From contig OZ241869.1 in the NCBI GenBank assembly GCA_965202805.1, forward strand, positions 2,208,001-2,272,000: a stretch of 64,000 nt of DNA, read 5' to 3'. Both the position numbers and the translations under genes were made by a program. Below the pieces are notes generated by a model, which was not told the DNA's origin, made no database searches, and worked only from the letters and a program-made list of their open reading frames with translations. Origin of the DNA: Longimicrobiales bacterium (GTDB lineage Bacteria > Gemmatimonadota > Gemmatimonadetes > Longimicrobiales > Gaopeijiaceae). Positions 1 through 8,904 of the stretch are shown in pieces. The first letter of the stretch is position 1, and each line of letters begins with the position of its first letter.

Positions 1-1053
1 AAGGCGGGTGCGGACGCGGTATCCCAGCAGGGTGATGAGGTTCTGCACCGTGGTCTGGTGCTCGATGACCATCAACGCCACGATGTCGCTGTGGGCGCCA
101 AGGTAGGGGGTCACGTCGATGAGCTCGCTGAGGTCGGTGAGGTTGCCGCCCGCGGTCGGCGAGTCGCCCCCGCGGCCGAGGGCGACGTTCCCCATGTGGA
201 GTTGCTCCCCGTGCGTGCCGGTGACGTACCAGCCGCCCCAGCGCTCGCGGATGGGGGTGGTGTCGGCCGTGATCTGCCACAGCTCGTGGGAGGCCAGCTG
301 GCCGTTCTCGTCCGTCGGCCCGGAGCCCATGATGTGCCGGGGCACCCCGCCTCCGGTGAGCGAGAAGGAGTCGTGGCACTGTAGGCAGAGGCCGGTCTGA
401 CGGCGGATGCGGGGCCCTTCCTCCCCGTCCGGGTCCAGGTTGTAGAAGACCGGTCCCAGCTCCGGGTCCTGGGCGGAAATCTCGAGGCCGTCCGCCCCCG
501 GCGTCCAGGCGACGTACACGCGGTCGTTGAAGTAGATGGCGCGCGGGGTCTCGGGCCAGATGAGGCGCGCCAGCAGGCTGGTCTTGGAGAAGACCAGCAT
601 CTGTGAGGAGACAGGGATGCGGAGCTCGCGCAGGATGGCCGCCAGGTAGGCGCTCGGGCCTTCGCGAGCGAGGGTGACGTCCCCGCTCTCCAGGCGGCGG
701 GCGAGGTCGGCCACCGGGTCGGTGGTCTCGCCGGTCATGTAGGGGATGGTCGGGTATTCGGTGTCGTAGGGAAGCTGGGGGACGGGGGCGATCGGTGCGG
801 GGGCGGCGGCGCTGTCCGCGGGGGTCAGGGCTGCGAGCAGGGCGACCGCCAGGATGGTGACGTCGAAACCGCCGCAGGTGAGCGCGCGCTTGCGCCCCAG
901 GCCGACGGGCCGGCCAACTCTTCGCCCGCCACTCGCAGGCCGAGCGGGGTGTGGGCCGGAAAACCGTTTCCCCTGCCGACATCTGTTTCTGCGCCTCCGC
1001 GCGCGGCCCCCGAGCCATCCGGTCGGCGACGGCCAGTCGTACAGCGCGCTCAT
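1..1053 (-). CDS. Uncharacterised exported protein with a single CxxCH motif (putative c-type cytochrome); 3' end runs off the window, start uncertain
   Basis: Translated by hand; absent from the ORF track. ATG at 1053 overlaps the upstream stop (ATGA). Hydrophobic ILAVALLAAL segment; SQMLVFSKTS, TPRAIYFND, CLQCH (373-387), RWGGWYVTG, SDIVALMVIEHQ. Confidence 0.75.
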   Translation of the reverse strand, partial: MSALYDWPSPTGWLGGRARRRRNRCRQGKRFSGPHPARPASGGRRVGRPVGLGRKRALTCGGFDVTILAVALLAALTPADSAAAPAPIAPVPQLPYDTEYPTIPYMTGETTDPVADLARRLESGDVTLAREGPSAYLAAILRELRIPVSSQMLVFSKTSLLARLIWPETPRAIYFNDRVYVAWTPGADGLEISAQDPELGPVFYNLDPDGEEGPRIRRQTGLCLQCHDSFSLTGGGVPRHIMGSGPTDENGQLASHELWQITADTTPIRERWGGWYVTGTHGEQLHMGNVALGRGGDSPTAGGNLTDLSELIDVTPYLGAHSDIVALMVIEHQTTVQNLITLLGYRVRTRL

Positions 1054-2369
1054 CGCGTGATCGCCCCGTAGGGCCGTCCGGCCCGCATGGCGGCATAGGG
1101 TACCAGCCGCCGTGCAGCCGTCCGGCGCTTGCCCCCGGAGTCCACCAGCTCGTAGTCGCCCTCCACCATCTGGAAGACGGACAGGTCGGCCACCGCGCCC
1201 TCGCGCAGGGTGCCCAGTTCCTCCCCGAAGTCGAAGATGCCCGCGGGGGTGGAGGTGGCGCAGCGGATCACCTCCTCGAGCGACATGCCCATGTGCAGGA
1301 ACTTGGTGAGGGTGGTGGGGAGGCCGAAGACCGGGCCGAGCGCGTTGCCGCGATGCACGTCGCTCGAGATGGCCGCGAGCCGGATCCCCTGGCCGAGGGC
1401 GCGCTCGGCGACATCGAAGTCCAGGTTGCCGCGGCCGTGGCCGATGTCGAGGTGGATGCCCCGCTCCACCGCCTCGCGCACCTGCGGGTAGACGGTGCCG
1501 GCATCGTCGAGGATGCTCCGGTTGCGGCGCAGGGCGTGGGTCACCACGTCGCCGGGGCGGAGCATCTCCAGGATGCGCGGGAGGGGGGAGGTCTGGCCGC
1601 CGATGTGCACCATGATGGGCACGCCGGCGCCCTCCGCGGCGAGCCGGGTGAGGCGCATGACCTCGATGTCGTTGCCGCCCGGGATGCCGGCCAGCATGCG
1701 CACCTTGAGGCCCACGATCACGTCCCGGTTGGCCTCGACGGTCGCGACGATGGCGTCCGGGTCGATGTACGCCAGGTCGGCCAGTTCATTCGAGATGGTC
1801 ATGCCCGGACTGGACACGTTGAGGAGGGCGTACACGCGCGTTCGCGCGGGCGCCGCCACGTACGTCCTGAAACCCGGGAAGGTGGTGGCGCCCGACGAGC
1901 CGGCGTCGACGACGGTAGTCACCCCCTTGGCGATCCCCACCACGTCCGGCTCGATGGAAACGCCCGAGACCCCGTCGTAGACGTGCGTGTGGATGTCGAT
2001 CAGGCCCGGCGTGACGATCATGCCGTGGGCGCGCACGACCTGGCGACCCTCGCTGTCGGCGATGTGCTCGGCCACACGCGCCACCCGCCCGCCGGTAATG
2101 CCGATGTCGCGGGGCGCGTCGATCCGCTCGGCGGGGTCGATCAGGCGGCCGCCGACCACCACCGTGTCGAACTGGCGTTGCTGCCCCGGCATCCGATCGC
2201 GGCCCCATGCGGCTTGAACTCCGGCCACCGCCGTATCGATCCGGCCTTCCCGCCACGCCCGCAACGGAAACGGCAGCGCCAGCGCGACGCCGGCGCTCGC
2301 AGCGCCGGCCACGAACTGGCGGCGGGTTGTGTTGGAGTCGGGCAGAGACCGCGGCTGCGCGTGGGACAT
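1050..2369 (-). CDS. Amidohydrolase/deacetylase family metallohydrolase (dihydroorotase-like) with Tat signal
   Basis: PGLIDIHTH, GVTTVVDAGS, GLKVR, VHIG, THAL, DIGHG, SSD; N-terminal TRRQFV plus hydrophobic stretch; GGAGG before ATG 2369. Confidence 0.85.
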   Translation of the reverse strand: MSHAQPRSLPDSNTTRRQFVAGAASAGVALALPFPLRAWREGRIDTAVAGVQAAWGRDRMPGQQRQFDTVVVGGRLIDPAERIDAPRDIGITGGRVARVAEHIADSEGRQVVRAHGMIVTPGLIDIHTHVYDGVSGVSIEPDVVGIAKGVTTVVDAGSSGATTFPGFRTYVAAPARTRVYALLNVSSPGMTISNELADLAYIDPDAIVATVEANRDVIVGLKVRMLAGIPGGNDIEVMRLTRLAAEGAGVPIMVHIGGQTSPLPRILEMLRPGDVVTHALRRNRSILDDAGTVYPQVREAVERGIHLDIGHGRGNLDFDVAERALGQGIRLAAISSDVHRGNALGPVFGLPTTLTKFLHMGMSLEEVIRCATSTPAGIFDFGEELGTLREGAVADLSVFQMVEGDYELVDSGGKRRTAARRLVPYAAMRAGRPYGAITR

Positions 2370-2500
2370 CCCCTCCGCTGCCGCGCTATCTCGACCCCTG
2401 GTCGGGTCGCGCACGTTCACCCCCCGGTCCCTGCCACAGCCACAATGACCATTGCGGGGCCCCTCTGCTTTCGTCGTCAGGACACGCGGGCAATATACGT

Positions 2501-2538
2501 GAAACGGCTGCCGGAGGCCCGCAGGCCCCCGGCAGCCG
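2501..2538 (-). terminator. Putative intrinsic terminator after susD
   Basis: Minus strand CGGCTGCCGGGGGCC-TGCG-GGCCTCCGGCAGCCG (15-bp stem with one G-U) followed by a short TTTC tail. Confidence 0.6.
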
Positions 2539-2568
2539 CCGGTCCAACTGTTCGGAGGCTGGAGGCGA

Positions 2569-3942
2569 TCAGCCGCCGCCGCCGATCTGCGGAACGTTGG
2601 GGTTGCGCTCGCGCTCCGAGTCTGGAACGTCGAAGCAGAGGCGCGCCTGACCGCCGATTTCGGTGCCGCGCGGGTTGTCGCTGAAGATCTCCGAGATGCG
2701 CTCGAAGTCCGGCAGCTCGATGTCGCCCGGCGTGCCGTTTTCCAGCCAGCGCCTCTGGTCGCCCAGCGTGCGTGCCTCGAGGAAGAGTTCGATCGCCCGC
2801 TCCCGCTTGAGGTACGTCCAGGCCCCTTCCAGGCTCATCGCGTCCCGCGGCCCCAGCGGCATGCCGCCCGGATGCAGCATGGTCTCGTTGGTGGTGTAGG
2901 TGGCGCGCAGGTTGTTGATTGTGGTCATCGCCGCCTGCCAGTTACCGTTCGTCAACTGGGCTTCGGCCTCGATAAGCCGCATCTCCGCGCCACTTGCGAC
3001 ATTGTACGAGTCGTTGGGATCGTCGTACTTGGTCTGGTTGAACCAGGGGGTCTGGCCGTAGCCCAGAAGGGATGCGTTCGACCACGGGAAACTGGGGTCC
3101 TCGAACCACTCCGTGCGCGGATCCCCGGTCTCCTGATAGTAGCCGGACGCGCGTACGGGCGCGCCGCCGGCCATCATGTCCGGCTGCGGCCCGTAGTAGG
3201 TGTTCCACATGGTAAAGGCCAGGTAGGGAGTCCTGGCGTTGGCCCACTGCGGGACGTTGCGGGTTGTGGCGACGTTCGCGTCCGCCGCTACAGAGTATTC
3301 GAACGTGTTGGGCACGCCGCCGGCGTCCGCCGCAGCACCACCCCAGTCACCCAGGAAGGCGCGCACCGAAGCGCGGCCGGCGGTCGCCGCCATCCTCAGC
3401 GTCTCGCCGGGATTCAGGGAGAGCGCGGCGGTGAACTGCTCCTCCGCGCGCCGCAGATAGTCCGAACCGGGAAGCAGCCCCGACCCGTCGATGACGGCCT
3501 CGCACCAGTTCTCGCCCAACAGCCGGTTCGAGAACCCGGCCCAGACGTTGGCCTGCGCCACGACCTCCGAGTCAACGGGGTCTTCCGATTCCGCGAACAG
3601 CTTGAGGGCCGTCTCGGCGATGAAGCGCGCCTGCTGGCCGTCGTTGAAGTAGCCGCCGTAGCCGCCGGGCGCGATGTAGCCTCCCTGGGCCAGAACGTTG
3701 TGCCCGTACGACCCGGTCTGGCCACCCGGCATGATCTGCCGGGTCACGAGCGCCCCGGTGTACCCGATCCAGCCGATGCCTTCACTGAGCCTGCGCTGCG
3801 ACCCGTTGACCAGCCCCTCGCGGGACTCCTCGCGGACCAGGAACTCGTCCTGGATCGGACCGGGATTGATGACTTCGCACGCCGAGGTTGCGACGAAGGC
3901 GACCAGGAGGGTGGCACTCTGGAATGCTTGCTTGATGTTCAT
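2569..3942 (-). CDS. RagB/SusD family outer-membrane lipoprotein
   Basis: Lipobox ATSAC; EMRLIEAEA, INNLRA, ERAIELFLE motifs; directly downstream of SusC. Confidence 0.85.
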   Translation of the reverse strand: MNIKQAFQSATLLVAFVATSACEVINPGPIQDEFLVREESREGLVNGSQRRLSEGIGWIGYTGALVTRQIMPGGQTGSYGHNVLAQGGYIAPGGYGGYFNDGQQARFIAETALKLFAESEDPVDSEVVAQANVWAGFSNRLLGENWCEAVIDGSGLLPGSDYLRRAEEQFTAALSLNPGETLRMAATAGRASVRAFLGDWGGAAADAGGVPNTFEYSVAADANVATTRNVPQWANARTPYLAFTMWNTYYGPQPDMMAGGAPVRASGYYQETGDPRTEWFEDPSFPWSNASLLGYGQTPWFNQTKYDDPNDSYNVASGAEMRLIEAEAQLTNGNWQAAMTTINNLRATYTTNETMLHPGGMPLGPRDAMSLEGAWTYLKRERAIELFLEARTLGDQRRWLENGTPGDIELPDFERISEIFSDNPRGTEIGGQARLCFDVPDSERERNPNVPQIGGGG

Positions 3943-3954
3943 ATTGCCCTCCCC

Positions 3955-6924
3955 CTAGAACGTGATCCGGAGGGATGCGTGCAGCGTGATCGGCGCCGGC
4001 ACGGACTCCTCGAAGTTATAACCCTGCCTCTGACCGCTGTTGGGATCGCCGGTCAGCTCGGGATCCATGAACGGCATCTCCTTCCGCCAGAGGTACGAGT
4101 TGCGCAGAGCCAGCGTGAAGGTCGCGTTGCTCACTCTCTCCGGGAAGACGGCGTCCACCGGGATGGTCGCGCTCACACTGCGCAGCTTGAAGAAGTCGGC
4201 CTTCCACATGTAGCCCTCGCCTTCACGCGGGTTGCAGCGGGCGCGGAAGAGGGCCGGTGTGTCCGGCTTCATCTCGATGGAGTTCTGCGGGTCCACGTAC
4301 CAGGGGAAGCAGAGATGCGAGCGGACGCTTCGGCTGATGGACCAGACGGCCTCGTTCATGTAGAAGCCACCCTTGAACTCGCCGTTGGCGGAGAGCGTGA
4401 TGTTGCCCGGCGCCCGGACCGTCATGTTTCCGCCGATAAACGTGGTCGGCAGATTGGGCCCGTAGTTGTGGAGGTCGCTATCAACGGCCTGTCGCTCGGT
4501 GCAGACCCGGTCGAGGCAGTAGTTGGGCGCCGCGATTTCGTCCGGGTTCCTGACGATCAGGTCGCGCATGTTGCGCAGCGGGCATCCCTCGTCCCCGTTC
4601 GGCCCGCAGTCCATGCGCAGCGAATTGGTCGGAATAATGCCCTCGCCGAGTTCCAGCACCTTGGAATGGTTGGTGGTCAGCGACCCGCCGAGGTCCACGC
4701 CCCAGTTGGCCGATTCCAGCACCGTCAAGCCCATCTCCAGCTCGATGCCCTGGTTCTGGAGCCGGCCGATGTTGGTGAGCTGGCTGGCGGTGAAGCCGGT
4801 GGAGGGAATCTGCGGGACGAACAGCAGCGCATCGTTGGTGGTCTGCCGGTAGGCCGTGAAGGTGGTGGTGAGCCGGTCACCCAGCCACGATGCGTCGAAT
4901 CCGGCCTCGATCTCTTCCGTGACCTCCGGACCGACCTGGTCGTTGCCCACGTTGGCCGGAACGAATGCCGGTACGCCGGCCAGACCGGCGGGGCTCCAGG
5001 TCCGCACTGCGTCGAAGGCGCCTGGCGCGCGGCCGGACTGGCCGTAGGCGGCGCGCAGCTTGAACTCGCCCAGATCCGGCCAGAACGCTTCGTCGGAAAG
5101 GATCCATGAACCACTCACCTTCGGGTACACCTGGAGGCCGAAGCCCTTGCCGAAGGCGCTGTTACCGTCAACGCGCGTGCCCAGGGTAATGAAATAGCGG
5201 TCCGAGATGTCGAAGACGTTCTGGAAGAAGAAGCCGGCGTTCCAGATCTTGGAGCGCGTCTCGAAGCCCTGGGTGAGGGCGGCAGAATTGATGGTGGGGT
5301 CCGCGGCGCCGGGGAAGTTCTCGCCGAAGGCTTCGACCGTGCGGTCATCGTCACCGGTGGCCTGACCGCCCCAGGAGAAGTTGGAGCCGATCGAAGACGT
5401 CAGTTCGAAGTTGTAGGTCCCAACGTAGTCGAAGGAGAGCACCCGGTTCTGGAAAGTGTTGTTGAGCAGGGACCCCTCCGGCACCTGCCTCCACGCGTAG
5501 GGGCGCAGGTTGCGGTGCTCCTGGCTCGAGAAGTCGTAGCCCATCGTGAAGCGGTTGGTGAGCCTTTCCATGGGCGAATAGGTGATCGTGGCGCCGGTGG
5601 TCAGCCGCTCGACATCCTGGTTGAGCTGCTGGTCCATCAGCTCGTTGAGGACCGCGGGATCGCCCGTGCCGAAGTAGTTCCTCTCCGACCGGAAGGCGTT
5701 GAGAGTGATGCCCTGGGCGTTGTTCTGCCCGTTGGTCATCGTCAGGGCGTTGGCCGAGTACGCCGTGTTCCACTGGATGGTCAGATCCGTGGCGGGCGTA
5801 ATCGTGAAGTTCGCGCGCGTGTGGTACTTCTTCTGCGAGTCGTTGGTCATGTAGCCCTGTTCATCCAGGAAGCCGCCCGAGATGAAGTACTGGAGGTCCT
5901 GCCTTCCGCCCCGTACGGAGAGAGAGTAGTCCAGCGTGAAGGGCGAGCCCGGATGATACTCGCCGCAGCTGAACGGTCCCGTGCAGAGCCAGGGTCCCAT
6001 GTTGATGTAGGGGTCTCCGCCTGAATCCTTTACGCCGAACTTGCGACTCCAGGCGCTTCCGCCCTTTACCTCGGCCGTCCACACGGGAGCTCCGGCGGCC
6101 CCTCGCTTGGTGAATACCTGGATGACGCCCGCGGAGGCCTCGGTACCGTACAGCGTGGTCGCCGCGGACCCCTTGATGACCTCGATGCGCTCGATGTCGT
6201 TGGGGTTGATGTTGTCGAGCGGGCTGACCGCGATGTTGCCGCTCCGGCCACCGCGGCGATCCGGCGGGTTGGCGTCCGGCAACGGGTCGCTGCGCATGCG
6301 CACGCCGTCGATGTAGATGAGCGGATGGTTGGAGAGCGACACGCTGCTCTGGCCACGCAGGCGGATGATCTTCGCCTGGCCGACGCCGCCGCCGCCGTAC
6401 ACCTCGAGTCCCGGTGCCTGCGACTGCAGGATGTCGGAAACGAGAACTGGGCGGTCGGGAATCTCTGCCGCGTTGATCTGCGCGATGGTGTTGCCGATCT
6501 CGCGCTGACGGGCCGCGCCGGCCGTGCCGGTCACGACGATCTCGTCGAGCCCGAGCGCTTCTTCGGTGAGCGTGAAGTCCTGCACCACGGTCTCGCCGGC
6601 GGCCACGGTGATCTGCGCGGTGGACGAACCCAAGCCGATGCGCTCGGCCCGCATCTCGTAGCTGCCCGGCGGCACGTTGAGCAGCACGTAGCGCCCGTTC
6701 TGCCGGGTGAGGCTTCCTACGCCGGTATCGGTCAGGAAAATCTGGACCTCGCCGAGCGGCGCTCCGGAGCCCTCCATCGTCACCTGGCCGGTAATCCGAC
6801 CGGGCTCCTGTGCCGCCGCGGGCAGTGCCGACGCGAGGAACCCGACCCCGAGGAGCAGGGCCGGAAGCGCGGCGCGACCCCTGGTTCGCGCGGTGGTTGT
6901 GGGTACGAACCTTCGATTGGTCAT
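3955..6924 (-). CDS. SusC/RagA family TonB-dependent outer-membrane transporter
   Basis: Signal peptide, carboxypeptidase-regulatory-like domain, LDEIVVTG, plug motif INPNDIERIEVIKGSAATTLYG, C-terminal Phe; GGGAGGA before ATG 6924. Confidence 0.92.
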   Translation of the reverse strand: MTNRRFVPTTTARTRGRAALPALLLGVGFLASALPAAAQEPGRITGQVTMEGSGAPLGEVQIFLTDTGVGSLTRQNGRYVLLNVPPGSYEMRAERIGLGSSTAQITVAAGETVVQDFTLTEEALGLDEIVVTGTAGAARQREIGNTIAQINAAEIPDRPVLVSDILQSQAPGLEVYGGGGVGQAKIIRLRGQSSVSLSNHPLIYIDGVRMRSDPLPDANPPDRRGGRSGNIAVSPLDNINPNDIERIEVIKGSAATTLYGTEASAGVIQVFTKRGAAGAPVWTAEVKGGSAWSRKFGVKDSGGDPYINMGPWLCTGPFSCGEYHPGSPFTLDYSLSVRGGRQDLQYFISGGFLDEQGYMTNDSQKKYHTRANFTITPATDLTIQWNTAYSANALTMTNGQNNAQGITLNAFRSERNYFGTGDPAVLNELMDQQLNQDVERLTTGATITYSPMERLTNRFTMGYDFSSQEHRNLRPYAWRQVPEGSLLNNTFQNRVLSFDYVGTYNFELTSSIGSNFSWGGQATGDDDRTVEAFGENFPGAADPTINSAALTQGFETRSKIWNAGFFFQNVFDISDRYFITLGTRVDGNSAFGKGFGLQVYPKVSGSWILSDEAFWPDLGEFKLRAAYGQSGRAPGAFDAVRTWSPAGLAGVPAFVPANVGNDQVGPEVTEEIEAGFDASWLGDRLTTTFTAYRQTTNDALLFVPQIPSTGFTASQLTNIGRLQNQGIELEMGLTVLESANWGVDLGGSLTTNHSKVLELGEGIIPTNSLRMDCGPNGDEGCPLRNMRDLIVRNPDEIAAPNYCLDRVCTERQAVDSDLHNYGPNLPTTFIGGNMTVRAPGNITLSANGEFKGGFYMNEAVWSISRSVRSHLCFPWYVDPQNSIEMKPDTPALFRARCNPREGEGYMWKADFFKLRSVSATIPVDAVFPERVSNATFTLALRNSYLWRKEMPFMDPELTGDPNSGQRQGYNFEESVPAPITLHASLRITF

Positions 6925-7129
6925 GACATCCTCCCTTGAGGGAAACACGTAAGCGTCGTCGTGTCCTGGCATGCCTCCGAAGCCCGCTGCCGACCTACAG
7001 CGCGCCTCGCGAGAACGCAATCAGCTACAACCTAGCAGAGTAGGCGACAACAGCCCTGACCGTCAAGCCGCAGGGGGAGCGTTGGGGCGCGCATGGACCG
7101 GGACGGCCGGGACATGGGACCGGGACTCA

Positions 7130-7171
7130 GTCAGGTGCCCGAAGCGCAGTCCGTCAGTGCCCGAAGCGCAG
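7130..7171. repeat. Direct repeat duplicating the 3' end of the adjacent lipoprotein gene
   Basis: GTGCCCGAAGCGCAG at 7135-7149 and 7157-7171, each preceded by GTCA(G). Confidence 0.75.
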
Positions 7172-7669
7172 GGTGAAGACGCGGCGGCGGCGGTCCTCCA
7201 CCGGGTCAAAGGGCGGGGTGACCGCGTCGGGTTGGCGGGCGTCGTTGAGGATGAAGACGATGAGCCCGGTGATGGCGGCCGTGGTGGCGCCCACCAGCAG
7301 TCCGGTCTTGCTCCGGCTCAGTTCCTGACGTTCGATCTGCACGATCTCGCTGGCCGGGATCCGGAGGTCCTGCCCCAGCTGGGCGGTATGGAAGCCGACC
7401 TGTCGCCGGACCGTGGGCACACGCACGAAAAGGTCGCCGCCGGTGCGCCGCACGAATTCGCCGGAGAGCACGGGCTCGGAAACCATGCTCAGCGCCTCCT
7501 CGGCACCGCCTTCGTTGACGGCGTCCACGCCCGCGCGGGTCAGATACAGCCGCACCGATTCGCCCGGTGGCACCGCGCCGATCTCGGTGGGCACGTAGTT
7601 GAAGCAGCCTGTGGTCGTGGAGAGCACCACGGCGGCGGCGAGCGTCGGAAGTAGTCGTTTCGGCTTCAT
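7154..7669 (-). CDS. Hypothetical lipoprotein with a C-terminal hydrophobic helix
   Basis: MKPKRLL...TTTGC lipobox; TGLLVGATTAAITGLIVFIL segment. Confidence 0.75.
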   Translation of the reverse strand: MKPKRLLPTLAAAVVLSTTTGCFNYVPTEIGAVPPGESVRLYLTRAGVDAVNEGGAEEALSMVSEPVLSGEFVRRTGGDLFVRVPTVRRQVGFHTAQLGQDLRIPASEIVQIERQELSRSKTGLLVGATTAAITGLIVFILNDARQPDAVTPPFDPVEDRRRRVFTLRFGH

Positions 7670-7857
7670 GGGCAGACAATGATGGAGTTTTCGAATGTTA
7701 ATCCTCTCACCATCGGATCGGCAACGATGACCGCTGGAGTCGACCTTGTGCCGTCCGGCGTCACGGGCTGCGCGGTGCGACCGCTGACTGCGTGGTGGCG
7801 AGCCGCGCGGGCTGACGGCGACGTTGACGACGAATGCCGGGGCGCCGACAATCCACC

Positions 7858-8904
7858 ATGCCCTCGCTCCAGGAACTTCTCGTCGCCTCCAGCCGCACCT
7901 TCGCGGTGGGGATCCGGATCCTTCCCGAGCCCCTGAGGCGTGAAGTCACCGTCGCCTACCTCCTGCTGCGGGTTTCCGACTACCTGGAAGACAACCGGGA
8001 GCTCGGCGCGGAGGAGAAGATCGCCTTGCTCCGGAGCTGGCGCCGCGTGCTCGAAGGGGCCGGCGAGCGACAGCCGCTGATCGAACGCCTGCGGGAAGCC
8101 CGGGAGGACATTCCGGATGCGCTCGTAGCCCGCCATTCCGCGACCGTCCTCGCCGGACTCGACGGGCTGGCGGCGCCCGCGAAGGAGATCCTCATCCGCC
8201 GCGTGGGCGAGTCGAGCGCCGGGATGGCGCGCTGGACGGAGCGCGGATCGCGCTTCGAGACCGAGGCCGATCTCGACGACTACATGCACGAGGTGGCCGG
8301 GCGCGTGGGTCATCTCCTCACCGAGCTGTTCACGCTGCGGCTTCCGGGAACGAGAAGCGCTCGCGAGCGGATGATGTCGCTCGGGCGCGAGTTCGGGCTG
8401 GCGCTGCAGACGGTAAACGTCATCCGTGGCCTGCACGAGGACCGGGATCGCGGATGGGTGTATGTGCCCGCGGCTTTCGTGCCCGACCCGCGCATCCACC
8501 CGAGCGAGCTCTTCGACCCTGACAACCAGGACGCGGCCATGGCGGTGCTCGCCCGGCTGGTCGGGAAGGCCGACCGTCACCTGGCGGCGGCCCGGGCCTA
8601 TATCCGGCTGATCCCGAGGCGCTACCACCGAGTGCGCCTGTTTTGCCTGCTGCCGCTGTTCTTCGCGGTGCGCACGCTGGCCATCAGCCGGGCCAATCCG
8701 GACGTGCTCAGACGGGAGACCAAGATGACGCGCGGCGAGGTCAAGGCGATCACGCGCTGGGCGATGGTACGGGGTTTCTCGAATGGCTGGATCGAGCGCT
8801 ACTGCGGGCGGCTGGCATCTTCCCCGCCCGCACAGGACGGCGGATCCGCCCCCCCGGCTGCGCAGCGGACTCCAGCGGCCCGGCAGCGGATCTCGAGCCC
8901 ATGA
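7858..8904 (+). CDS. Squalene/phytoene synthase family protein
   Basis: SSRTF, YLLLRVSDYLED, YMHEVAGRVG, FGLALQTVNVIRG...ED...GWVYVP. Confidence 0.85.
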   Translation: MPSLQELLVASSRTFAVGIRILPEPLRREVTVAYLLLRVSDYLEDNRELGAEEKIALLRSWRRVLEGAGERQPLIERLREAREDIPDALVARHSATVLAGLDGLAAPAKEILIRRVGESSAGMARWTERGSRFETEADLDDYMHEVAGRVGHLLTELFTLRLPGTRSARERMMSLGREFGLALQTVNVIRGLHEDRDRGWVYVPAAFVPDPRIHPSELFDPDNQDAAMAVLARLVGKADRHLAAARAYIRLIPRRYHRVRLFCLLPLFFAVRTLAISRANPDVLRRETKMTRGEVKAITRWAMVRGFSNGWIERYCGRLASSPPAQDGGSAPPAAQRTPAARQRISSP

